The notes under the pieces are model-generated. The model was not told where the DNA came from. It did no database searches and was given only the letters and a program-made list of their open reading frames with translations. A stretch of DNA of 37,452 nucleotides, from NCBI GenBank assembly GCA_964571895.1, contig CAZNDW010000002.1:1-37452 (forward strand). The letters run 5' to 3'. How positions within the stretch are numbered: position 1 is the first letter of the stretch; every line of letters begins with the position of its first letter. Below are positions 1 through 8,429 of this stretch, piece after piece. Position numbers and translations under genes: made by a program. Source of the stretch: an uncultured Planctomycetales bacterium. GTDB lineage: Bacteria > Omnitrophota > Gorgyraeia > Zapsychrales > JAHFFX01.

Positions 1-19
1 CCCCCGCCCAAGGCGGGGG
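1..19 (-). terminator. GC-rich hairpin downstream of pepF (possible terminator, cut by window edge)
   Basis: CCCCCGCC (1-8) and GGCGGGGG (12-19) form a perfect 8-bp stem with a 3-nt loop, about 23 nt past the pepF stop codon. Any U-tract would lie outside the window. Confidence 0.3.
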
Positions 20-42
20 CGCCCCTCACATCCAACGCTCAT

Positions 43-1791
43 CTAGAGATCGATCTCTTCTCTAACCGCTTGCATCAGGGGTTTTATTGTCTGCTCAGAA
101 AAGTCAAACTGGATTCCAGCTGTTTCAAAGAGTCCCGGCAAATTCTTTGAACCACCCAGAGCCAGTGCCCTTTGATAATCCTTAAAAGTCCCAGAAGGAT
201 CCTGACGATACCGCAGCCAAAGCTGTAAAGCCCCCAGCTCGGCTATCCCATATTCAATGTAATAAAAAGGGGCCTCAAAAATATGGAGCTGCCGATGCCA
301 AAGGTATGCTTCCTCTTCTTCAAGACCGGTCCAATCAACGAGAGCTGAAGCGAACCGCCTTCGGATCCTCTGCCATGCTTTCTTGCGCTCTGGACGGGTG
401 TGGGTTGGATTTTCGTAGATCCAAAACTGAAAACAATCGATCGTAGCGACCCACGCTAAGGTTTCCACAATATCCTTAAGATGTGATATCCGGGAACGTT
501 GGGTATCTTCCCGGTTATAAAAAGCACCCAGATGCTCCCCGGCCATCAGCTCCATCCCCATGGAGGCTACCTCACAAAATTCCATAGGCCCGTGACGGTA
601 ACTAAACAAAGATTGGGAGGCGGCCTTAAGGGCATGAAAGGCATGTCCGACCTCGTGGAGTAAAGTCATGACATCGTGATCTAATCCAGCGGCATTCATA
701 AAAATAAAAGGCTTGCGGGCCTCGGCCAGAGTATGCTGATAGCCTCCGGGGGCCTTGCCCTTTCGGCTGGCCAAATCCAGAAGCCCCAAGGCTGCCATTT
801 CTGCAAAATGCCGGCTCAATTCATCGTCGGTTTCTTGAAGAATCCGAGCGACACCCGCAATCAACTCACCGAGTTCCTGAAAGGGTTGAAAAGGAGGCCT
901 TCCCCAAGGATCAACGGCCAAATCCCAAGGCCGAAGGTCTGGAAGGCCCATTTGGCTTTTGCGCCGCTCGAGAATTTCGTTCCATAAAGGAATGATAAGG
1001 CAAGCTACGGTTTCGTGGTACCGCTTGCAGTCTGCAGAAGTATAGTCAAATCGATGATAGTGCCGGAACTGATATTCACAAAAGTTGCTGCATCCGGTAT
1101 TCCGGGCGATTTGATGACGGAGCTGCAACATTTGATCGAAGATTTCCTCCAGATGATCTTTGTCCTTGAGTCTCCTCTCGGTCGTCATCTGCCAAGCGGT
1201 CTCCCGCAGATTGCGGTCCGGCTCTAAGAGAAACTTTGCCATTTGTGCGAGAGTGTATTCTTCGTTTCGAAAATTGACGGTCATGGCAGCGCAGACTCTT
1301 TGGTATTTCTCCGAGAGCAAATCGAGCTGAGTCTCAAGGGAGATATTTTTCTCGGTAAAAAGGGCAATATCACTCTCAAGCACACGGTTATAAAGGGTGT
1401 AATAGGGAGACCCCCCAGGAAAATGCTTCAGGGCCTCGAGGTATTTTCGGTTGAGCCGATCCACCAAGACCTTAACTTCTGGAACCACCGTTTTTAAAAA
1501 TCGTTTATAGGCCTCGTGTCTTTCTTGGTTATCGGTTTGACGAGTCATCTCAATATAAAGAATGGATCCGGCCTGATCGAACGCAGCCTCCAATTCCGAT
1601 AGATCCCTCAGCCAAGTCTCCCTTTGATCTTGAGAGGAGATCTCCCGCTCCAGAAGGCTTTCATATAAAGGCAGGATGTCTTTTTTCCTGGAAAGATGAG
1701 CCCCCGCAGGAACAAAACGTCTCGGTTCCCCGGCCGGGAGCTGATTGAAATTGATGCTTCCAACCGTTATTTTAAAATTTTTATTTTTCAT
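43..1791 (-). CDS. pepF: Oligoendopeptidase F-type M3 zinc metallopeptidase
   Basis: 582-aa ORF with the HEXXH zinc motif (HEVGHAFH). Length and overall sequence are typical of M3B oligoendopeptidases. Confidence 0.85.
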   Translation of the reverse strand: MKNKNFKITVGSINFNQLPAGEPRRFVPAGAHLSRKKDILPLYESLLEREISSQDQRETWLRDLSELEAAFDQAGSILYIEMTRQTDNQERHEAYKRFLKTVVPEVKVLVDRLNRKYLEALKHFPGGSPYYTLYNRVLESDIALFTEKNISLETQLDLLSEKYQRVCAAMTVNFRNEEYTLAQMAKFLLEPDRNLRETAWQMTTERRLKDKDHLEEIFDQMLQLRHQIARNTGCSNFCEYQFRHYHRFDYTSADCKRYHETVACLIIPLWNEILERRKSQMGLPDLRPWDLAVDPWGRPPFQPFQELGELIAGVARILQETDDELSRHFAEMAALGLLDLASRKGKAPGGYQHTLAEARKPFIFMNAAGLDHDVMTLLHEVGHAFHALKAASQSLFSYRHGPMEFCEVASMGMELMAGEHLGAFYNREDTQRSRISHLKDIVETLAWVATIDCFQFWIYENPTHTRPERKKAWQRIRRRFASALVDWTGLEEEEAYLWHRQLHIFEAPFYYIEYGIAELGALQLWLRYRQDPSGTFKDYQRALALGGSKNLPGLFETAGIQFDFSEQTIKPLMQAVREEIDL

Positions 1792-3670
1792 TCCGTAAGC
1801 CCGGTAAAGTGGTGTTTTCCTCTGACTGTTGACGGGGTAAATTTTTTAATTCCGTATAAGCTTCCACCGAATGAGGATTGATCCTCAGGGCATGGGTGTA
1901 ATCCGCCGCGGCCAATTCGATTCGGTTGGTGAGTTTATAAATTGCCCCGCGATTCATATACGCCTCATAGAAATCAGGATTCAGTTGAAGCGCTTGGCTG
2001 TAATCTCGCAGAGCCAAATCATAATCTCCTCTTTTTTTGTGGGTGACGCCGCGGTTATTGTAATCTTTGGCTGAGCGCGGATTGAGCTCCAGGGCCCTCG
2101 TAAAATCACGAATAGCAAAATCATAATCTCCCTTTTTGCCGTATATCAATCCCCGCATAGAGTAAGCCCGGACGGATCTCCCATCGCTTTGGATCACGGT
2201 ATTCAAATCCCGTAGGGCCCAATCCATTTTGCCGATTAGCAGGTAGGTGTCGGCCCGATTGCAGTAGGCTTTAATGTACTGCGGATGCAATCTGATCGCT
2301 TGGCTAAAATCCGTAAGGGCAAGTTCGTATTGTCCTTTCCCAACCAAAGCCACTCCCCGGTCATTATAGGCCCGAGGAATCATTTCATTCTGGCCGATCA
2401 CGTAATTCCAGAATGTCAGGTTGTCCTTCCAGATTCTAGCTTGAAGATGGGTCTTGATCGCAAGAAATAATAAAATGATCGATACAACCCCATAGGTGAG
2501 AATCCGCAAAGAGAGGTCTTTCCGTTTTAAGGAAGCTAAAATTCGGTCAAAAACTAACCCTAATCCTAAACAAAATCCCAGACTCGGCAAATACATAAAG
2601 CGGTCCGCCACAATACTGATATCCCCCAAATCATCAAATCGCAGTAAAAAGAAAATAGAGACGAAATAAAAACCAATCGCAAAAACAAACCATTGCTGAG
2701 TTCGAAGCCGAATGACTGAGAAAACGACCAAAGAAAAGAACAAAACCGCCAGAGCGTATTCGGGATTGGTGATATGGATGGGTTTCGGCAAAACATAGTA
2801 AGGGATCAAATCCTGCGGAAAAATAAATTTCATGGGATAAAACGAAAACGTCCAAATCCATATCAAAACTGAAGAAACAGGCTCTCCTCCTGGCATCCGG
2901 GCGTTTAAGGAATAGCTCATCCAGGCGATGGGAACGACGAACGCAAAAAACGGCAGCTTTTCGAGCAGCACCCTAAGATCCCATTTTCTTTTCCAAAGCC
3001 TGTCACACAAAAGCAAAACCAAAGGCAGACTCAAGGCCATTGGTTTTGCGAGAATACTCAAAAATCCGGAAAACGCACTCCCGAGAAAAAATCCCCATCG
3101 CCTTTGACTAAGATAAGCATGATAGAAAATCAAGGATCCCATATAAAAAAATGCGTAAAGCACGTCTTTTCGTTCCGTCACCCAAGCCACAGACTCCATA
3201 TGCATGGGATGAATGCCGAAGATTAACGCCCCTAAAGCCGCTGCCCATCTTGAAAGGCCGCATCGCAGAGCAAAGAGCACAATCAAACCGACATTCCCCA
3301 GATGCAAAAGGAGATTATCCAAATGATAAACAAACGGTTTTAGACCAACAAAATGGTATTCCAAGGCAAAGGAAAGGGTCGTCAAGGGAATATAAATATC
3401 ATTGATGGGAGTGAAAAAGATCTTCTTAATATTGGCCGGCGTTAAAGATCGGATTAGAGGATTCTTATAAAGGTGGGTGTCGTCATCCCAGTTGAGAAAT
3501 TCTGCAAAGAGGACCGGTCCAAAACTTAAAAACACGATCAGAAAGATCCCCCCTAAAAGCCCAGCAATGGTCTTTCGATCGTGACTGATCGTATTTGGGT
3601 TAGCCGGCGGCATGTTGGATGAGATTTTACCTTGACAAAGGAGCATTTTCCAGTATATTGATACCTTCAC
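1781..3670 (-). CDS. Polytopic membrane protein (PMT/TMTC-like GT-C glycosyltransferase fold) with C-terminal TPR repeats
   Basis: 629-aa ORF. The N-terminal ~420 aa hold many hydrophobic helices and a WDDD..L motif near the first loop, as in PMT/ArnT/TMTC-type enzymes. The C-terminal ~200 aa hold at least 5 clear 34-aa TPR repeats (A..Y.NRG....G.Y..A..D...A..L.P). The start is uncertain: GTG at 3670, or ATG at 3646 or 3613. It overlaps the pepF start by 11 nt. Confidence 0.7.
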   Translation of the reverse strand: MKVSIYWKMLLCQGKISSNMPPANPNTISHDRKTIAGLLGGIFLIVFLSFGPVLFAEFLNWDDDTHLYKNPLIRSLTPANIKKIFFTPINDIYIPLTTLSFALEYHFVGLKPFVYHLDNLLLHLGNVGLIVLFALRCGLSRWAAALGALIFGIHPMHMESVAWVTERKDVLYAFFYMGSLIFYHAYLSQRRWGFFLGSAFSGFLSILAKPMALSLPLVLLLCDRLWKRKWDLRVLLEKLPFFAFVVPIAWMSYSLNARMPGGEPVSSVLIWIWTFSFYPMKFIFPQDLIPYYVLPKPIHITNPEYALAVLFFSLVVFSVIRLRTQQWFVFAIGFYFVSIFFLLRFDDLGDISIVADRFMYLPSLGFCLGLGLVFDRILASLKRKDLSLRILTYGVVSIILLFLAIKTHLQARIWKDNLTFWNYVIGQNEMIPRAYNDRGVALVGKGQYELALTDFSQAIRLHPQYIKAYCNRADTYLLIGKMDWALRDLNTVIQSDGRSVRAYSMRGLIYGKKGDYDFAIRDFTRALELNPRSAKDYNNRGVTHKKRGDYDLALRDYSQALQLNPDFYEAYMNRGAIYKLTNRIELAAADYTHALRINPHSVEAYTELKNLPRQQSEENTTLPGLRNEK

Positions 3671-3703
3671 TTGTGGATGCGTATTAACTAAAAGGAATTA
3701 GAG

Positions 3704-3931
3704 ATGGCCAAATCATGCGCAATCTGCGGAAAAACATCCATCCCTGGTAATAAATACAAAAGGCGCGGGGCCAAGAAACTCCACGGCGGTGCCGGCTCAA
3801 AAATTACCGGAAAAACCTTAAGGAGATTTCTGCCGAATCTTCAGAAAATCAAAATTATTGTAAACGGCGCTGCCAAACGGATGCTGGTGTGTTCGAGCTG
3901 CATTCAGGCAGGAAAGATCCAAAAGGCTTGA
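3704..3931 (+). CDS. rpmB: 50S ribosomal protein L28
   Basis: 75-aa basic protein (MAKSCAICGK....GN..S...) typical of bL28. It is the only plus-strand gene in the window. Confidence 0.9.
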   Translation: MAKSCAICGKTSIPGNKYKRRGAKKLHGGAGSKITGKTLRRFLPNLQKIKIIVNGAAKRMLVCSSCIQAGKIQKA

Positions 3932-3933
3932 AT

Positions 3934-5640
3934 TTAGGAATTTGGCTTGATATCTTTGAGCTTGAGCAAAACCGTGGGTTCCTTGTTCCAATCATCGATC
4001 GAAAGCTGATAGGCCAAATCCACTTTTCTCCCCGGTGCAATCAAATCCCGACAATCCCCCATCCCAAAGCCCACAGCCGCGAAGGTCCTCTTGCCATCCG
4101 TAACCCAAAATTTCAAAGTATCCCGCCCTAAAACCTGAGGCGGTGTTTTAACAATCAGCTGCCGCGAGCAAAAAAGCGGCGCCGGATTTCCTTCCCCGTA
4201 CGGCTCTAAGGACTCCATCCTTTTGACCAAGTCCATCCCAATCGATGCTAAAGGAATCTGTGCATCCACCTCCAGCGTGGGAATCAAATCTTCGTGTTTT
4301 ATACGATCCTGGGCGAACTCATTGATCGAGTTCCGGAAGAATTCGATCTTCTCTTCTCGTAACGTTAGCCCCGCAGCCCTTTTATGCCCGCCGTAATTTT
4401 CTAGATGATGGGCGCAATGATTCAACGCCTCAAACATAGAAAAACCATCGATGGAGCGGGCAGAACCGGTTCCCAAACCGGCTTCAGTTGATATGACAAC
4501 GGTGGGACGGTAATATTTTTCCATGATCCGGGAGGCCACAATCCCCAAAACCCCTTTATGCCATCCTTCTTTCTTGAGGACAATCACCCGATGCTCGTTG
4601 AAGTTGACTTCGCGTTCAACAAGACTGATCGCCTCTTCCACAATGTTATTTTGAATTTTCTGTCGGGAAGAATTGTGCTCTTCTAAACTTCTGGCTAAGC
4701 GAGAGGCGTGGTGGGAATCCGGACTTAAAAGGAGTTCCAACGAAGGCAAAGCGGAATCCATCCTCCCGGTCGCATTGATCCTGGGGCCCAGGATAAACCC
4801 CACATACGAGGGAAGGATCTTTTTCCCTTTGATTTTGGCAACCTCCAATAAGGCCTGTAACCCATAATTTTGTGTCTGGCCGATTTTAGGCAACCCGTTT
4901 TTGACCAAGATCCGGTTTTCACCAATCAATTCGGCCACATCGGCAATCGTCCCGATGGTCACCAAATCCAATTGGTCTTCACAAATCTCTCCAGTTAATG
5001 CCTGATGCAATTTGGCCATTAAGCCGACCGACGCCAATCCTTTGAAGGGATACGGACAATCGTGTCTTTTGGGATCCACGACAGCCCTGGCGTTGGGTAA
5101 ATTGGCCCCATCAGGCTCGTGATGATCGAAAATGATCACATCGATTCCCGCTTGATGGAGGGCCTCCACTTCCCGGAAGGCACCGATGCCGCAGTCGACC
5201 GTAATCAAAAGGCTTACCCCTTTTTCTTTAGCATACCCCACGATATTTTGATTCAAACCATAACCTTCCTGCATCCGATGAGGAATATAATGAATGGCTT
5301 GAAGGCCCATTTTGCTCAGAAGATTTTTTAAGACAACCGATGAGGTAACCCCATCCACATCGTAATCGCCAAAGATCAAGATGAGTTCTTGATGATCTTG
5401 GGCCTGATGGATACGATTAACGGCCCGGTCCATGTCCTTCAATAAAAAGGGATCGTGAAGATTGCTAAGGCTGCCCGAAAGAAAATCCTGAGCCTGTTCT
5501 AGGCTCTCAATCTTTCGATTAATGAGGATTTGTGCAATGAGGGGATGAATATTCAAGGCATCGCTTAAGGCGATCTGCAGTTTGGGATTAGGGTTTTTAA
5601 TCAACCATTTTTTTCGCATGGAATGCCCCCATTGGCCCAT
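3934..5640 (-). CDS. recJ: Single-stranded-DNA-specific exonuclease RecJ
   Basis: 568 aa with DHH-family motifs (GDYDVDGVTS, VDCG, IIFDHHEP) and a DHHA1-type GGH.RAAG motif. An AGGA Shine-Dalgarno sits 6 nt before the ATG at 5640. Confidence 0.9.
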   Translation of the reverse strand: MGQWGHSMRKKWLIKNPNPKLQIALSDALNIHPLIAQILINRKIESLEQAQDFLSGSLSNLHDPFLLKDMDRAVNRIHQAQDHQELILIFGDYDVDGVTSSVVLKNLLSKMGLQAIHYIPHRMQEGYGLNQNIVGYAKEKGVSLLITVDCGIGAFREVEALHQAGIDVIIFDHHEPDGANLPNARAVVDPKRHDCPYPFKGLASVGLMAKLHQALTGEICEDQLDLVTIGTIADVAELIGENRILVKNGLPKIGQTQNYGLQALLEVAKIKGKKILPSYVGFILGPRINATGRMDSALPSLELLLSPDSHHASRLARSLEEHNSSRQKIQNNIVEEAISLVEREVNFNEHRVIVLKKEGWHKGVLGIVASRIMEKYYRPTVVISTEAGLGTGSARSIDGFSMFEALNHCAHHLENYGGHKRAAGLTLREEKIEFFRNSINEFAQDRIKHEDLIPTLEVDAQIPLASIGMDLVKRMESLEPYGEGNPAPLFCSRQLIVKTPPQVLGRDTLKFWVTDGKRTFAAVGFGMGDCRDLIAPGRKVDLAYQLSIDDWNKEPTVLLKLKDIKPNS

Positions 5641-5648
5641 GGTCTTTC

Positions 5649-7325
5649 CTACATCTTCTCCGGCGCACTGAGGCCCAGGAGATTGAGGCCATTGGCCAAG
5701 ACAATCCGGGCGGCCTCAATCAAGGCCAGGCGCTCCGAAGACAAATCGACGTTCTCCTGGTCAATCACCCGATGGCGATCATAAAATTTATGAAAAAGTG
5801 TCGCCGCCTCCTGAAGATAAGCGGTCAGAAGAAAAGGATCAAGTTGATTTCCGCAAACCATGAGGATCTCGGGAAACTGGCTGATCTTTTTGATGAGATC
5901 AAATTCCTCTTCCTCTTTCAATAAGTCGAAGCCTCTTTTTTTCAACTTCAGATGGGATTGTGCCGCAAATTTGAGGATGCTGTGGATGCGGGCATGGGCA
6001 TACTGGATGTAATAAACCGGATTTTCCGGGGATTGCTTTTTGGCTAGCTCCAGATCAAATTCCAGATGCGCTTCCAGCCGGCGCATCAAAAAGAAAAATC
6101 GCGCGGCGTCTTTGCCCACTTCCCCCATCACTTCTTTTAAACTGATGTACTGTCCCCGGCGCGTAGACATCGACAAAGGCTTGCCCTCCCGGAAGATCGT
6201 TGCCAATTGAACAATGAGGATCTTCAAGGCCTCGCGATCCCAGCCCAGCGCTTCGACCGCTGCCTTCACCCGGGAGATATAACCGTGATGATCCGGGCCC
6301 CAGATATCAACAACCTTCGAGAATCCCCGCTCGAATTTTTTTTTATGGTAAACAATATCCGCGGTGAAATAGGTGAAACTGCCGTCGTTTTTTTTCAAAA
6401 CCCTGTCTTTATCGTCCCCCAAGCCGCTGGATTTAAACCACAAGGCGCCTTCATGTTCATAAAGCACTCCTTTTTCTCTCAACACATTCAAAACGCTTTC
6501 GATGGTTTTGGGGGTGGCGAGCTTGGATTGGTGGGACCATCCATCATAGTGAACTCCAAATTCACTCAATTCGTTTTTGATCACATCCGTAAGATACTCC
6601 ACACCAAACCGGCGGAAGGCAGCCAAATCTTTTTGATTCAATTGGGCGGTTGTCTGAATATGACGGCGTTCCAGAAAGACTTTTGCCACATCCCGGATGT
6701 AATCCCCTTGATAGCCGTCCTCTGGGAATTGAATGGTCTCACCCAGAAGTTCCCTGGCCCTGAGTTCAAGGGAACGGCCCAAAAGGTCGATTTGATGGCC
6801 ACAATCGTTGACATAATATTCTTTGTCCACATGATAACCCAAGAAAATTAAGATATTCGAAAGGGCATCTCCGACCGCAGCCTGGCGGCCGTGGGCCACA
6901 CTTAAAGGACCCGTTGGGTTGGCACTGACAAATTCGATCTGGACCTTTTGGCCTTTACCAACCGTGGATCGTCCGTACTTCTCTCCTTCTTTTAAGATTT
7001 GTTCTAAGCCCTGGGCCACGGCTAGTCGTGTCAAATGAAAATTGATAAAGCCGGGTTTAACCACCTCAATGGTTTCTACCTTTTTGTTCAGTTGACTCCT
7101 AGGCAGTTGGGCCAGAATGGTATCACGGATAGTCATGGCCAAATCTAAGGGGTCTTTTTTAAGCACACGGGCTAAGCGCAACGCCACATTGGAAGAATAC
7201 TCGCCGTATTTTTTATCCGGTGGAATCTCTAAATTGATTAACGAAGAAACGGAGGAAGCTTCTGGAATTTTGGTTAGAACACTCTCTAAGAGGATTGAGA
7301 GTTGAGCTTTGAAGTCCGGGGACAT
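5649..7325 (-). CDS. argS: Arginine--tRNA ligase
   Basis: 558 aa with a class I HIGH-type motif (SANPTGPLSVAHGR), an MSTRRG (KMSKS-like) motif and the ArgRS C-terminal anticodon-binding region ending in M. Confidence 0.95.
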   Translation of the reverse strand: MSPDFKAQLSILLESVLTKIPEASSVSSLINLEIPPDKKYGEYSSNVALRLARVLKKDPLDLAMTIRDTILAQLPRSQLNKKVETIEVVKPGFINFHLTRLAVAQGLEQILKEGEKYGRSTVGKGQKVQIEFVSANPTGPLSVAHGRQAAVGDALSNILIFLGYHVDKEYYVNDCGHQIDLLGRSLELRARELLGETIQFPEDGYQGDYIRDVAKVFLERRHIQTTAQLNQKDLAAFRRFGVEYLTDVIKNELSEFGVHYDGWSHQSKLATPKTIESVLNVLREKGVLYEHEGALWFKSSGLGDDKDRVLKKNDGSFTYFTADIVYHKKKFERGFSKVVDIWGPDHHGYISRVKAAVEALGWDREALKILIVQLATIFREGKPLSMSTRRGQYISLKEVMGEVGKDAARFFFLMRRLEAHLEFDLELAKKQSPENPVYYIQYAHARIHSILKFAAQSHLKLKKRGFDLLKEEEEFDLIKKISQFPEILMVCGNQLDPFLLTAYLQEAATLFHKFYDRHRVIDQENVDLSSERLALIEAARIVLANGLNLLGLSAPEKM

Positions 7326-7342
7326 ACAGAATTGACTTGGTA

Positions 7343-7648
7343 TTAATGGGGGAAATCGTTATTCTTCTTCTTTGGCCGGGCAGGCCAGTTGACTTTGGGG
7401 GCATCCTGCCAGAGATATTCCAGACCGTAAAATTCGCGAGCCTGCACCTCAAAAATATGGGCAACGACATCTCCCATATCCAAAAGAACCCAAGTGCCGG
7501 ACTGTGAACCTTGGGCCCCACGCACTTGAATATGATTCTTTTTTAAACCTTCTTCAATGCCTTCCGCTATGCTTTGGACCTGCCGGTCAGAGACACCCGA
7601 GCAGACAACAAAATAATCGCAGAAATTGGTCGCCTTACGCATATCCAA
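7343..7648 (-). CDS. rsfS: Ribosomal silencing factor RsfS (Iojap family); the true start is probably upstream (ATT at 7735)
   Basis: Motifs DYFVVCSG.S.RQVQSIA and WVLLD.GDVV.H.F....R.FY.LE.LW are typical of RsfS. The track ORF starts at a TTG inside the conserved ..IVVLDM.. segment. The reading frame stays open up to the TAG at 7751-7753 and encodes the expected N-terminal helix, but holds no ATG, GTG or TTG. Confidence 0.85.
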   Translation of the reverse strand: MDMRKATNFCDYFVVCSGVSDRQVQSIAEGIEEGLKKNHIQVRGAQGSQSGTWVLLDMGDVVAHIFEVQAREFYGLEYLWQDAPKVNWPARPKKKNNDFPH

Positions 7649-7795
7649 AACAACGATATTCTGCGCTTTCTTATTCGACGCAAATCCTGCGATTAATTGG
7701 GCTGTCTTTCTTGAGGGTAACTGAGATTTTAGAATAGCTCGCCTATTCTCCTATGGGAATAATCCAACCGCTCTTAAGTTTTACCTAAGGGTTTT

Positions 7796-7966
7796 CTATT
7801 TCTTAAATTTAGCGGCTTGATCTTTAGACAAAACCCGCCAGCATTCATGAGAGCCGCTTTGAGATTTAGCCACGGCAAAAAAGCGGCCGCTTTTTTCTTT
7901 GACACTAAAATCTGCGGTCTTAAATTTCGATTTGCTTTTGACATCATAGAATTCGAGTTCTGACAT
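7796..7966 (-). CDS. Small basic hypothetical protein (56 aa), absent from the ORF track (under 60 aa)
   Basis: ATG at 7966 is preceded by AGGAG with a 7-nt spacer (attAGGAGaaaaatATG). Translation is MSELEFYDVKSKSKFKTADFSVKEKSGRFFAVAKSQSGSHECWRVLSKDQAAKFKK, with a TAG stop at 7796-7798. It is lysine-rich with a net positive charge. I recognise no family. Confidence 0.5.
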   Translation of the reverse strand: MSELEFYDVKSKSKFKTADFSVKEKSGRFFAVAKSQSGSHECWRVLSKDQAAKFKK

Positions 7967-8021
7967 ATTTTTCTCCTAATAAAAGCTAGTATGACTGCGT
8001 TTTAGGACTGCACCTTTAACC

Positions 8022-8238
8022 CAAGATAGGCCTCACTTCGTTCGGCACTATCTTCCTTTCAGGCCCCGTAGCCCCCGTCGTTTTGCTTTGTTTTGCTTCG
8101 CGAAGCAAAGCAAAACAAAGCAGCGGGGGCTAGACACGGGGGTCACATCGGAATTTTCTACCTGCCAGTAGCAGGCCTATCTTGTCCCCCCCACTGCTTC
8201 GCTTTGCGAAGCAAAGCGGTGGGGGGGAATCGGAATTT
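8022..8238. repeat. Two diverged tandem copies of a long palindromic element capped by a C-run and a G-run
   Basis: Hairpin 8069-8132 is centred at 8100/8101 on GCTTCG|CGAAGC, with roughly 30 bp of stem containing a few mismatches or G-T pairs. Hairpin 8186-8227 runs C7-AC...GT-G7 with a GCTTCGC/GCGAAGC core. ATCGGAATTT recurs at 8147-8156 and 8229-8238 (82-bp period). A perfect 12-bp inverted repeat, CAAGATAGGCCT (8022-8033) / AGGCCTATCTTG (8173-8184), encloses the first hairpin. Confidence 0.8.
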
Positions 8239-8391
8239 CGTTTTTGAAATTCTGATGTGATAAAGTTAGTTTTTGCCTTAAATCCCCTTAAGCTTGCCTT
8301 TTTCACCTCCTTTATAATGAAGCTCATTGATCAAAGTCGAATCCTTTCACAACTTTTTTAAACGTGGTCAACGGCCACGAAAACAGTAAAA

Positions 8392-8420
8392 AGTCTAGCG
8401 AATATGGGGGCGTTTGTCAA
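8392..8420 (-). promoter_or_regulatory. Candidate sigma70-type promoter firing into the palindrome region and small ORF
   Basis: On the minus strand: TTGACA (8420-8415), a 17-nt spacer, then TAGACT (8397-8392), directly after the M16 stop codon. Prediction is from sequence only. Confidence 0.4.
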
Positions 8421-8429
8421 TCCCAAACT

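Noticed and set aside
6207-6851. 214-aa plus-strand ORF antisense to argS. Similar long antisense or alternate-frame ORFs lie at 21690-22298, 23000-23656, 29748-30362, 34369-34932 and 35850-36419.
   Set aside because: Each lies entirely inside a confidently identified, full-length conserved gene on the other strand or in another frame. Their translations are low-complexity or compositionally odd, have no motifs, and lack convincing ribosome-binding sites. They are most likely shadow ORFs produced by codon bias.
8022-8238. CRISPR-like array.
   Set aside because: There are only two diverged units, each a long palindrome. There are no unique spacers of regular length and no cas genes in the window.
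8130-8327. 65-aa minus-strand ORF in the palindrome region.
   Set aside because: Most of the frame is the translation of the C-run/G-run palindromes (..SPPPLCFAKRSSGG..), which keep frames open by chance. It has no family resemblance. The adjacent AAGGAGG lies inside the ORF, not upstream of its start.
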